Shown piece after piece: positions 1 through 9,571 of a DNA stretch of 51,314 bases. The stretch is taken from the IMG/VR virus record IMGVR_UViG_3300042259_000065. One strand, written 5' to 3'. The DNA is from a virus. Taxonomy: Duplodnaviria; Heunggongvirae; Uroviricota; Caudoviricetes. How positions within the stretch are numbered: position 1 is the stretch's first letter; each line of letters opens with the position of its first letter. Position numbers and translations under genes: made by a program. Below the pieces are notes generated by a model, which made no database searches, was not told the DNA's origin, and worked only from the letters and a program-made list of their open reading frames with translations.

Positions 1-348
1 GAGACAGCGTTGTTTGATCTTAAACGTAAGAAGAACAATCTTGGCCTAACTGTTCCTTATTCCGACGCTGGTGCCCGTATGATGGAGAATGCCATTCAGA
101 AAGATGTAATTAATGTTGGTATTCGTGGTGGCCGTATTGCAGAAGGTACAACTCGTTCAGAGTTTGGTGTGATTGATTTGAACCCTATTGTTGATTTTGG
201 TGCTCGTGCAGATCAAACAGACACTAATATTGCTAATCGCATTTGGGATGAAGGTTTCATTGAAGTAGTAATGCTAAGCGGTATTGACCGTATTCAAGTT
301 AAAGCTTACGCATTGACAAACCGTCAATTTGAAGCAAACAACGCTTAA
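1..348 (+). CDS. Tail sheath protein, C-terminal part (5' end outside window)
   Basis: Frame is open from base 1 (ETALFDLK...). Lies directly before a tube-like gene, and its end (IDRIQVKAYAL) resembles sheath C-termini. Confidence 0.7.
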   Translation, partial: ETALFDLKRKKNNLGLTVPYSDAGARMMENAIQKDVINVGIRGGRIAEGTTRSEFGVIDLNPIVDFGARADQTDTNIANRIWDEGFIEVVMLSGIDRIQVKAYALTNRQFEANNA

Positions 349-361
349 TAGAGGATAAATA

Positions 362-823
362 ATGGCTACTGAATTTTATAGCTACGATCCCGATAATATC
401 ACACTGGTTATCGGCGCAATTGAAGTAGATTCTTGGGGTCCAGATGGTTTAGTTATTGCACGTGATGGTGACCATACTACTAAAGTGGTGGGTATCAAAG
501 GTGATATGACTGTAAACCGCAACCGTGATAAGACAGGTACAATTGCAATCAACGTTCTGACAGGTTCAGATATTGATAAGATGTTTGATGAACTTCAAGC
601 AGTAGACGACCTGATAAACTTCCCTGTTTTACTAAAGGTAAGTGGTATTAATAAACACCTTTCCACCACAGGTTGGTACGAAACAATGCCTGATCTTGAA
701 TTGGCTGCAGAAGCTGGTTCCCGTACACATGTGATTGGTCTACAGAATGCAATTCCTTCTGCTATTGCAGCAACATTCAACCTTGCTGGTACTGTGGAAA
801 ATACTTTCACTCAAGGTGCATAG
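362..823 (+). CDS. Tail tube protein
   Basis: 153 aa with SD GAGGA. N-terminal YDPDNITLVIG and GTIAINVLTGS pattern of myophage tube proteins; located between sheath and chaperone. Confidence 0.75.
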   Translation: MATEFYSYDPDNITLVIGAIEVDSWGPDGLVIARDGDHTTKVVGIKGDMTVNRNRDKTGTIAINVLTGSDIDKMFDELQAVDDLINFPVLLKVSGINKHLSTTGWYETMPDLELAAEAGSRTHVIGLQNAIPSAIAATFNLAGTVENTFTQGA

Positions 824-833
824 GTAATCATGC

Positions 834-854
834 GCCACAAGGAAGTGGCCTTTT
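834..854 (+). terminator. Rho-independent terminator after tail tube
   Basis: GCCAC-aaggaa-GTGGC followed by CTTTT. Confidence 0.6.
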
Positions 855-905
855 CACTCTTCAAGGATAGCTTAATAATTAATCAAATCAAGAAGGAGTC
901 TTGGC

Positions 906-1457
906 ATGACAGAAAGATACGATAACCGCAAACAAAAACCAAATGCTGCACAGCAAATTTTGGATAAGTATGCGGATAAGCAAACTAAGAAAGAAGAACA
1001 AATTAAGAAGAATGAAGTAGAGTTTGAAGTAAGTGGTAATAAATATATTATCCGAAAATGGAAACACCTTGACACATTAGCACGTTTACCAGAATTTATG
1101 AATATTTGGTATGGTCAAGTTCTTGCTAATCAAACAGAACAAGAAGCTCGTGATGAATTAGACCTTATTGATGATATGGGTGGTTCAGGACTCTATGCAC
1201 TTCAATTCTTAGAAAATCTACAAAACATTGATTTTGAAAACTATGTTAAAACTCATTTAGACCATGTATTTATGAAAGGTTCAAATAAACCTATTGATTT
1301 AGAGGATGATGTAGAATCACCTTTAGATATTTGGGCACTTTTTGTTAAGGTATCTGCTGTAAATTTTCTTATGCAGCTTTCCCAAACTATCTGCTCAACA
1401 CCGAGTCTGATTTATCTAACGGAAACTCAAGACAAACAGAACTCAACAAACGAGTAA
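906..1457 (+). CDS. Tail assembly chaperone (G-like)
   Basis: 183 aa with SD AAGGAG; canonical position between tube and tape measure genes. Confidence 0.7.
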   Translation: MTERYDNRKQKPNAAQQILDKYADKQTKKEEQIKKNEVEFEVSGNKYIIRKWKHLDTLARLPEFMNIWYGQVLANQTEQEARDELDLIDDMGGSGLYALQFLENLQNIDFENYVKTHLDHVFMKGSNKPIDLEDDVESPLDIWALFVKVSAVNFLMQLSQTICSTPSLIYLTETQDKQNSTNE

Positions 1458-1690
1458 AAAATCGTAATAGATATGCTCTGGAAAAGCTGCTTGAACAACA
1501 TGACAACAGTCATTGGATTTATACTATTCGAAGCCAGATCCTTACTTGTGAGTTTCTAAATGAAACAGTTGAGTCAATAGATAAACTTTGCTTGGATGAA
1601 TTATTCTGGCTATTTGAACAAATGCTTATCAAGATTAAATTTGAAGAAGCTATGCACAAGGATTCTGAATTAGAAAATAAAAACAAGTAA
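1361..1690 (+). other. -1 programmed frameshift site and extension giving a G-T-like chaperone (~261 aa)
   Basis: In-phase heptamer A_AAT_TTT at 1361-1367. The -1 frame is open 1349-1690 with no early start codon and reads SYAAFPNYLLNTE...DKLCLDELFWLFEQM...ENKNK*. Confidence 0.75.
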
Positions 1691-1807
1691 CTCTAACTGA
1701 TTTAAAGCCAAGCAATAGATACAACATTTAATAAAATAATACTTACTTTCTATGAAAATGTAGGTTATAATAATTGGAGAATTAAATTAACTTAAAAGGG
1801 GGTCGTA

Positions 1808-2914
1808 ATGTTATTAGCACATAAGGTCGAATTACGGCCTTCTAAAGAGCAACATGAGAAACTACTACAATGGGTTGGAACAACACGACATTGTTTCAAT
1901 AGTATGTTAGATAATTTCTCTAAAGAAGGAGTTAAGTTTTCTAAGAAAACAGCTAGAGAATATCTCTATAACACGTTACGTGTAGAGAATGAGTGGTATT
2001 CTGACGTAAGTCAGGCTATCCTCCAAGAATCTATTAATGACTTAGAAAACTCATATAAGCGTTTCTTTAAGAAGCTAAGTGGTTATCCAAGATTCAAGAA
2101 ACGTGGAGCTAAAGATTCTTTCTCTATCAGAGAAAGTAAGAAGTTTAAAGTAGAGGGAAGAAACCTTTATTTAGAGAAGTTCAATAGAGGTAAAGATAGT
2201 AAACCTCTAAAATTACGTGAGAAACTGCGTTTCGATGGTGTTCCTAAACAAGTCACTATATCTTACCATAACGATAAGTGGTGGGCTTCTATCTTAGTCG
2301 AAGGTTGTTCTAATTATAAAGGGGACTTTCCGCAAAGCGGAGAAGTTGGAATTGACTTAGGTATTAAAGATTTAGCTATACTTTCTGATGGAACTGGGTT
2401 CCAAAAGAGTAACAAACTATCTTTAAGTTTAGAGAAGTTAGTTAAACTTCAAAAGAAGTTATCTAAGAAAAAGAAAGGATCTAATCGGTATGCGAAAGCC
2501 AAGCTTTCGATTAGTAAACTTCACTTTAGAATACGTAAACAACGTGAAGCGTTGCTTCACAATGTGAGTCATACAATCACATCTAAGTACAAAACAATCT
2601 GTTTAGAAGATTTATCTGTTTCGTCAATGACGAGAGGTAAGAACAAAAAGTTAAACAGATTGGTACTAGATGTAGGTATGTATGAGTTGCGTAGGCAACT
2701 AGAATATAAATCTTTCTTAAGGGGTGTTGACATCTACTTCGTAGATAGATACTACCCTTCAAGTAAGATTCACTACGAATGTGGTTATAAGAATGATAAT
2801 CTTAAGCTAGGTGAATCTTCTTGGAAATGTGATAATTGTGGTCAACTTGTTGACAGAGATTTAAATGCTTCTAAGAATATTCTTAAAGAGGGTTTGCGTT
2901 TAGCAAACAAATAG
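1808..2914 (+). CDS. tnpB: TnpB RNA-guided endonuclease, canonical type
   Basis: N-terminal AHKVELRPSKEQ HTH; RuvC-I GIDLG, RuvC-II CLEDL, Zn ribbon HYECG...CDNC, RuvC-III DRDLNAS. All three catalytic acids are present. Confidence 0.95.
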   Translation: MLLAHKVELRPSKEQHEKLLQWVGTTRHCFNSMLDNFSKEGVKFSKKTAREYLYNTLRVENEWYSDVSQAILQESINDLENSYKRFFKKLSGYPRFKKRGAKDSFSIRESKKFKVEGRNLYLEKFNRGKDSKPLKLREKLRFDGVPKQVTISYHNDKWWASILVEGCSNYKGDFPQSGEVGIDLGIKDLAILSDGTGFQKSNKLSLSLEKLVKLQKKLSKKKKGSNRYAKAKLSISKLHFRIRKQREALLHNVSHTITSKYKTICLEDLSVSSMTRGKNKKLNRLVLDVGMYELRRQLEYKSFLRGVDIYFVDRYYPSSKIHYECGYKNDNLKLGESSWKCDNCGQLVDRDLNASKNILKEGLRLANK

Positions 2915-3053
2915 TAAACAAAGAGTGGACAGATACAAGCTTCTCTATAATCTCTACGGAGTAGGGTATGTAATCCTTAATTTATTAAGTTATACCTGAT
3001 AATACCGTAGGTAACCGGACGAATGTTTCATTCGTTGCGGTTTTATGTATCCG
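2915..3053 (+). ncRNA. Putative omega-RNA scaffold of TnpB-1
   Basis: Nested stems TACGG 2955-2959/CCGTA 3005-3009, GGTAT/ATACC and CTTAA/TTAAG, then terminal hairpin ACGAAT-gtttc-ATTCGT (3019-3035). Confidence 0.6.
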
Positions 3054-3070
3054 CTCAGGAGATGTGATCT

Positions 3071-6000
3071 ATGACAGAACGTGTAAGGAGTCAGTATACA
3101 AACTTGGTTAAGTTAAAGCTTGATCAACGAAGTTTGAAAAGGACTCGTAAACAGATACAAAACTTCAGATCTGAAGTTGCTAAAATGTTAAAACTTCAAG
3201 TAGATGTTGGAGGTTTAGGTACAAGTAAAAGAGGTTCTGGTTCAAGAATAACTAAACCTTATGAAGATAAAACTAAGTTCCAAAAAGCATCTAACACCCT
3301 GCTTGCTGACCAATTAAAAATTGAAGACAAATTAGCTAAAAAACAAGAACAACGTGTTCAAATGGAACAGAATGCACGTAGGAAGCAAGCAGTAGGTGGT
3401 TTAATATCTGACGGCACTAACAAAGCATCGCAAACGGCTTTTGCTGATATGCTACGCTCCGAAAACAAAGCTAAATCACCACTACATGATTCTCATGTAA
3501 GAATGCAACGTGACCAAGAAAAGTTTAATGCTTTGCAAGAAAAGTCAATTAGAAATTTCATGGTATCTAATCGTGCGATCAGGCAGATGAGTGATGAAGA
3601 GAAAGCAGTTCTTAAACAAAAACTCATGCAAGCTAAAACTCAAGAACAGCTTATTTATCTAATGAGAAAAGAACGTGCAGCAATCTCTGATACTCTTGCA
3701 CAGAATCGTAGATTAACACGTGAAGTAGAAAAGCGTAATGTTTTCCAACAGCGTATGAACTCTTCTGTAATGCAGATGGTTGGAACGCTCGGTAGTGCTT
3801 ATGCTTTAACAGCAGGAATTAGTTCTTCTTTGAACATCGGTATGCAAATGGAATCTATGCAGAAGAGTTTCAAGGTTGTATCAACTGATTCTAAAGCAGC
3901 AGCAGAGAATATAGCTTGGGTACGTTCAGAAGCTATGCGCTTAGGTTCTCCAATCATGGAAGCAAGTAAGGGTTTCTCATCTATGATTGCTGCTGCTGGC
4001 GACAAGATGACAATGGATGACCTTAAAGCTACCTTTACAGGTATTCAAGAAGCTGGTGTTGCACTGGGTCTAAGTCGGGAAGATTTAGGTGGTACAATCT
4101 TAGCTGTTAAACAAATGCTGTCTAGACTTTTGGGCAGGGTAAACTTCTTTAATTCAGGGGAACCCCTAACATTTTAAGATGAGGGCAATCCTGAGCGAAG
4201 GTTTCACTTAAAGTGATTCAACGTGCAAAGACTATTGGTGATGAGTGTAGCCAAGTAGGGTCAAGTGACTCGAAACAGGAAGCTGTACATTGTACAGAGG
4301 ATATAGTCTGAACTTCTATGGAGACATAGAGACGCAGGTAAAGCTGCTGGCTAAGCTTAACGAACTTAGTTGAACACATTGAAAGGTAAAATACAGGCTT
4401 GATTGTAGGTCTGTCTAAACTCCTCTAATTGCTGGAAACTCTGAAGGAATTAACTAGGATATTAATTGGTAACAATTAACGAACCCTGAAAATGTTAATT
4501 ATGATTACAGACAATCAGCATCGAAGATTCCTATTGGAATAACGATCAACGACTAGAACGAAAGTTCGTAGAGTATAAGTCACATATGATACTCGAAACG
4601 GGGAGCAATCACAAGATTGAAGATATAGTCTCGACTCTGCAGAGATGTAGAGCAGCAAGTAAAGTTGCGGGAAAGAGTTTGTGCCTCTTTTTGAAGATAA
4701 CGGATGAGCTTAATGTGTAGGTTCTTTCTGCAGAAATGCAGTCAATAAAACTAATTTAATTGCTGGAAAACCCTTAGAGCTTGATAATACTAACTTAGCA
4801 TGGTAACATAGCTAAGGGCAAGTGGTAATGCACTTGGTAGAGTAAAAAGTTATCAAGATTGGGCAATCAGCAGTCAACAATCTATAACTCGAAAACAGTA
4901 GAGGTATTATGTCTATTTTTATAAATAATGAAGAAGTTAAAGTGTGTCCTAATTATCCTAATTATGGTGCAAGTAAGGATGGTAATATTTACAGATTATC
5001 CACCAAAAAGCTTATGTCAAAGATAAAAGCTTATGATGGTTATTTAGATGTTAGAGTGTGTCATGATAATACCCCTAAGTCTGTCAAGTATCATGTAGTT
5101 GTGGCAGATGCTTGGTTACCATATGAAGAAGGTAAAGATTTTATAAATCATATAAATGGTGATAAATCTGATCCAAGAGTTTCAAATCTTGAGAGATGTA
5201 CTGGTGCGGAAAATCAGAGACACGCTATAAAAACGGGGTTGAAATCTAAAGGAGAAGACCTTTATAACTCAGTACTAACAAATGATAACGTACATGAGAT
5301 TTGTAAGTTACTATCGGATGGGATAACAGTTAAAAGCCTATCAGAGATGTATGGTGTGAGTAAGGATGTTATTAGGAAGATTAAAGATGGTTCCAATTAT
5401 CACTCTATTCGAAAGTTGTACTTAAACATCCCGCATAATTACCCAAATGAATTTTCAGAATCCACTATTAGGTGGGTTTGTGAGCAGATAGTAAAAGGTG
5501 TTGCAGATAACAATATTGCGAAGTCCAGTAACAATAAAAATTTATCATCTGCTGAAGTTAAAAGAATTAGACATAAAATAAGATATAAAATTATATCAGA
5601 TGAGTATTTCATAGATTGAGATTCAGAGACTATTCCGAAAGGAAGTAGGGTGTAAGTTAATGACACTCGAAAATATTAGCCCTAAACAGGTAAAGCTGAA
5701 GGTGAAGATATAGTCCGATCTATAAGGAAACTTATAGCAGCAAGTAAAGTTGCGGAGGTGGATTTACGAACCACCTCGAACACAATGAACACAACAACTG
5801 GGAGAAAGGGTGCCCTTTGCAATGCGAGCTATGGCAAAAGCCGCTGTAGATGCAGGATTGATTGACGGAAGTAAGACAGCTCAAGAACGTGAAGCTGCAT
5901 TGTTTAAATTAATGGAACAGGGTAAGTTAATCTCTGGTGATGTTTTACCATACTTTGGTAAAGCAATGAGTGAACTTGCTAACAATAATGACGAATTAGC

Positions 6001-6766
6001 AAAAGCACTTCGTGAAAACTTGGCTCCGGCTTTAGGTCGAGCAAGTAACCACCTTGTAGACTTACAAACAAAAATGTATGATGGTATGAAACCTTCTGTT
6101 ATGTTTGCATTGGACGGTTTTAGCGACTTAGCAAAAGAAGCTAATAATGCTGCATACTTTACAGGTACTATACTTGGTGGTGCACTATTTGGTTTAACTA
6201 CAATTATTCGTTTACCAGTAGCTGCATTAACAGATTTAGCTTATTGGATCTCAGATGTAACTGGATTAAGTGATGAATCCACTAAACATTTGTTAAGTTG
6301 GACAGGAACAGTGATTGGAGCCGCCGCAGGTGTGTGGGTATTAGTTAAATCTGTAAAAGCTTTAGCTACTGCTTATAAAGTTGCAAAACGTGCAGCAGAT
6401 GCAATGAAAACTTTAACAGGAAAAGCACCAACTACGGCTGCAACAACAGCAGCAAGCACTGGCACAAGAGGTGTAGTATCAACTGCAGCAAGAGGTGCAT
6501 TAAGACAATCTGGTAAGCTACTTGGACCATTAGGTGTACTTCTCTCTGGTTATGAAGGTGGTACGAGTTTATATGATAGACTTTCTACAACTAATGAACG
6601 TAATGCTAATGTTATGCAGTGGCTTAAAGAGCGTGGTAAATTGCAAATTGACATCAACGTCAACCCTAATGGATTGGATGATGTAATCGAAGCTAAAGTT
6701 GAGAAGAGTAATGGTGATATGCTAGAAGGTGCAGCAATGAATCTTTCTTCTGGGAGTATTAAATAA
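3071..6766 (+). CDS. Tape measure protein, spliced: join(3071..4123, 4382..4399, 4703..4710, 5788..6766), 685 aa
   Basis: Joined exons restore the tape-measure motif QMLS-KGKIQA-DEL-TQQLGERVP in a single frame. SD AGGAG; Ala-rich C-terminal half with hydrophobic segments. Confidence 0.9.
4124..4381 (+). ncRNA. Group I intron TMP-I1 (258 nt, no ORF)
   Basis: 5' exon ends in U and intron ends in G. P1 CTGTCT/GGGCAG with U.G at the splice site; P10 ACTTTT/AAAGGT; P aattcagggga, Q gcaatcctgagc, R aagacta, S ggatatagtct. Confidence 0.9.
4400..4702 (+). ncRNA. Group I intron TMP-I2 (303 nt, no ORF)
   Basis: P1 ACAGGCT/GGTCTGT (7 bp); P aattgctggaaa, Q caatcagca, R tcaacgacta, S aagatatagtct; ends gaagataacG. 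Confidence 0.88.
4711..5787 (+). ncRNA. Group I intron TMP-I3 (1077 nt) carrying an HNH endonuclease
   Basis: P1 GAGCT/GGTTC; P10 TGTGT/ACACA; P aattgctggaaa, Q gcaatcagcag, R ttcagagacta, S aagatatagtcc; ends gaacacaatG. Confidence 0.9.
4909..5619 (+). CDS. Intron-encoded HNH homing endonuclease
   Basis: HVVVADAW...INHINGDKSDPRVSNLERCTGAENQRHA (HNH_3-like). Sits between CAATCTAT and ATAGATTG, i.e. in the P6 loop. Confidence 0.9.
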   Translation: MSIFINNEEVKVCPNYPNYGASKDGNIYRLSTKKLMSKIKAYDGYLDVRVCHDNTPKSVKYHVVVADAWLPYEEGKDFINHINGDKSDPRVSNLERCTGAENQRHAIKTGLKSKGEDLYNSVLTNDNVHEICKLLSDGITVKSLSEMYGVSKDVIRKIKDGSNYHSIRKLYLNIPHNYPNEFSESTIRWVCEQIVKGVADNNIAKSSNNKNLSSAEVKRIRHKIRYKIISDEYFID

Positions 6767-7410
6767 TGGCTGATCCTATTTATATTACAACTCAATCAAA
6801 CTACACTGGAGGAGGGGATTTCTCCTCCTTTTATTTTGATGCAGTACATAGTTTTACACCAACATTTGCTTCACGAATGACAAAGTATACCATTAGTGAT
6901 AAGTCTGATATTACTAACCACATGGTTAAAGAGAATATTGCTATTTCTATGTCAGCTACTGTTACAGCTACTCCAGTTATCAAATATGACGGTAACCTTG
7001 TTGGATATACAGACTTCAATGAGCGTCCTAAAGAAGCTTTAAACTTGCTATATAGTTGGTGGAATAGCAATACAGACTTATTCATTGATGAAGGTAACAG
7101 ACAATATTCAAGAATGAATATTACTAATATCCAACCACGTGAAGAAGGTTTTGATTCTATCACATTTGATATTAGTTTTGAACAAGCTCGAAGAGTCGGT
7201 TATCAACGTGTTACTTTGATTGCAGATGCATCTACTTCTAAAAGTTTAGATGGTTCTCCAACAACAAGTAAGAAGACTGAAACCTCTGAAGAACGAACAA
7301 GTCAATTATTCCTACTTGGTCAAGATGTAGCACAACAAGCACAAGATTTAGGTGTAACACTTCCTGATAATTTATCAGATTTCTTTGAAACAACTGGAGT
7401 TGAGGAGTAA
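6766..7410 (+). CDS. Baseplate/tail initiation protein (Dit-like)
   Basis: Follows TMP; FDAVHS...YTISDKSDITNHMV pattern typical of this gene position. Confidence 0.55.
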   Translation: MADPIYITTQSNYTGGGDFSSFYFDAVHSFTPTFASRMTKYTISDKSDITNHMVKENIAISMSATVTATPVIKYDGNLVGYTDFNERPKEALNLLYSWWNSNTDLFIDEGNRQYSRMNITNIQPREEGFDSITFDISFEQARRVGYQRVTLIADASTSKSLDGSPTTSKKTETSEERTSQLFLLGQDVAQQAQDLGVTLPDNLSDFFETTGVEE

Positions 7411-7412
7411 AT

Positions 7413-7790
7413 ATGTTTTTTGAAATAGTAACCACTTCAACACCAGACCAAGTTTACAAGAATGTTGACTTAGATGGAACAAGTTATGACATTAGACTTC
7501 GATATCTCCAAAGGTTAACTAATGTTGCTACAACACCAATCAGTGCGGATGAATTTACTTTAGAGTTATCTCTTGCTGGAGGTGACCCATTCTTGACAAC
7601 TTCATTAAAAACAAGTAGAGACATTCTAGCACCTTTTAGATATCTAGACGATTGTCCACAAGGTGTCCTAATGCTTAGAGACTTTACTGCTTTGAAAAGT
7701 TTATTGACAGATGGTATCTACATGCCTGAAAGGGTTTCTTATGACACTATAGGAAGTAGATTTGTATTAACGTATACACCAACTACATAA
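7413..7790 (+). CDS. Baseplate protein
   Basis: 125 aa; VDLDGTSYDIRLRY pattern; synteny. Confidence 0.55.
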   Translation: MFFEIVTTSTPDQVYKNVDLDGTSYDIRLRYLQRLTNVATTPISADEFTLELSLAGGDPFLTTSLKTSRDILAPFRYLDDCPQGVLMLRDFTALKSLLTDGIYMPERVSYDTIGSRFVLTYTPTT

Positions 7791-7799
7791 GAGGTAACT

Positions 7800-8756
7800 A
7801 TGGCAGATAGACGCGAGATATTATATGAATGTGTCATAGGGAAACCTCTTAAACTTAGTAAAACTATGTTCATCCCCCTAAAGAATGAAGCTGATCAAAG
7901 TATTAAAATTGAAGATTATTATGATCGCAATGATGCAAATGCTTATTTGTTTAATGAACACAATATAATCTTCAAAATTAGGATGTCGTCAACAAGCTCA
8001 GATGCTAATAAAGCATCTATTAAATTATTCAACTTAGATGATGAGGTGTTGGATTACTTAATTACAAACCAAGATAATAAATTGGTTTTAACACTTTCTG
8101 CTGGTGATAATGCTCAAGGACTTAAAGAAATATTTAATGGAACTATTGAGAAAGTAGAAAACGAGGAAACTAATGAAACACGCATTACTACCTTACTGGT
8201 ATTAGATGGTATTACTCAAATCACCAATGCAAAAAGTGTAAGACGTTGGCCCAGAGGTACACCTTATGAAACAGTAATTCGTGACTTAGCAAACGATATG
8301 AAAGTTCCTATTAATCGTATGGCAGTCATTGAGGGTGAAACACAATCACCAACTACTTTTATGGGACCAACATATAAACTCTTGCAATCAAAACTAAATA
8401 GCCTTGGATTTCAATATAGTATTGATAAAGGTAAGGCATCTATTCTACCAAAGAATAAACGTGTCAAGAAAGAAGTTTCTATGATTACAAAAGATTCTGG
8501 TTTGATTGGTAGAGTGAATAGTTATAGCAATGGTACAAATAATACAGCCACTACCACAACATCACAAACTAAAGGTATTTCATTCAACTGCCTATTAGAT
8601 GGAAACCTTGCACCAAATGAAACAGTTTATGTACAAGATGGTGATTTTAAGGGAGCTTATAAAATTACAGAGGTTTCATTTTCTGGTAACTATGAAGGTA
8701 ATGATTGGACTTGTGCTGTAATTGCTGTAGAGACTGATGGAGAAATAGTAGAGTGA
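7800..8756 (+). CDS. Baseplate hub protein
   Basis: NKASIKLFNL...IFNGTI...DG...ITKDSGLIG...CLLDGNL...YKITEVSFSG pattern of myophage hubs. Confidence 0.7.
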   Translation: MADRREILYECVIGKPLKLSKTMFIPLKNEADQSIKIEDYYDRNDANAYLFNEHNIIFKIRMSSTSSDANKASIKLFNLDDEVLDYLITNQDNKLVLTLSAGDNAQGLKEIFNGTIEKVENEETNETRITTLLVLDGITQITNAKSVRRWPRGTPYETVIRDLANDMKVPINRMAVIEGETQSPTTFMGPTYKLLQSKLNSLGFQYSIDKGKASILPKNKRVKKEVSMITKDSGLIGRVNSYSNGTNNTATTTTSQTKGISFNCLLDGNLAPNETVYVQDGDFKGAYKITEVSFSGNYEGNDWTCAVIAVETDGEIVE

Positions 8757-9571
8757 AGTACAACAATATTACAGGTGAAACTCCTGCTCCATCAAGGGTA
8801 GGGTTGGTACAATTATTCAACCAATACATGAAAATTGCAAGCCGTGATTTTCACACCCAACTACCTGCAAAAGTGTTAGAAGTAGATTATGAAAAAGGCT
8901 TTGTAACAGTACAACCTCTAATTAGAACAATGATTGAAGTTGGTTCTGGTGAAGAGGTTGAATTACTTCCTGTAGATGAAGTTCCTATTATGTATATCTC
9001 ATCTAAGCGCGGCAAAGCTCGTCTAACAACTCCAGTAACAGTAGGTGATGTAGGCATCCTTTATTTTGCAGAACGTGATACAGGCATTTACAGGAACTCT
9101 GACGGTACTAAAATTGTTAACTCTGGAGAATATGCGGGACAAGGTTTCGATGGGTCATTGACACCAATCGGATTTTTCCCTGAAATATTCACAGCTAGCT
9201 CAAACAGGTCTATTCCCTCAGATGCAACAGTTCTTGAAGATGGGGTGTCCTCGGTATCATTAAAAGAATCGGGGGAAATTACGGTTAAGAATGAAAATGT
9301 AACTATTAAAGCTAATCCCGATGGAAGTAACAGTATTACAAATGGTGGTGGTACATTCTCAATGGCTGCTGATGGTACAGTAGATATCAATGGATTTATT
9401 ATTAATCCTGATGGTAGTGTTACTTTCCCAAGTTCTATTACTGGACCTACTGTTACTGCACAAACCTCTCTAACTGTTGCTGGAAAAGAGATGGATCAAC
9501 ATATTCACTCAGATGGTACTTACATTGCAGGAACTACAGATGTTACAGGTAATTCAGGAGCACCAGTATAA
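8753..9571 (+). CDS. Baseplate spike (Gp138-like N-terminal OB fold)
   Basis: HTQLPAKV...VTVQPLI...VPI...PVTVGDVGILYFAERD; C-terminal MDQHIHS metal-binding tip. Confidence 0.8.
   Translation: MKYNNITGETPAPSRVGLVQLFNQYMKIASRDFHTQLPAKVLEVDYEKGFVTVQPLIRTMIEVGSGEEVELLPVDEVPIMYISSKRGKARLTTPVTVGDVGILYFAERDTGIYRNSDGTKIVNSGEYAGQGFDGSLTPIGFFPEIFTASSNRSIPSDATVLEDGVSSVSLKESGEITVKNENVTIKANPDGSNSITNGGGTFSMAADGTVDINGFIINPDGSVTFPSSITGPTVTAQTSLTVAGKEMDQHIHSDGTYIAGTTDVTGNSGAPV

Larger units (their letters stand above)
1700..3053 (+). mobile_element. Non-autonomous tnpB-only IS element (IS200/605/607 superfamily); boundaries approximate
   Basis: Contains tnpB but no transposase. Left motif AACTGATTTAAAG and right motif (hairpin + GCGGTTTTA.GTATC) resemble the ends of the IS607 element at 30.7-32.4 kb. 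Confidence 0.6.

Noticed and set aside
4693-4702. Alternative 3' splice sites for TMP intron 2 at G4693 or G4696 (both in frame)
   Set aside because: They would insert KIT or IT into the conserved QA-(D/E)EL motif. G4702 aligns with the gaa-N6-G ends of TMP introns 1 and 3. Minor use cannot be excluded.
3071-6766. ORF-track view of two separate genes (3071-4177 and 5810-6766)
   Set aside because: The last 17 codons of the first ORF are intron sequence, and the second has no SD. Splicing gives one continuous conserved motif.
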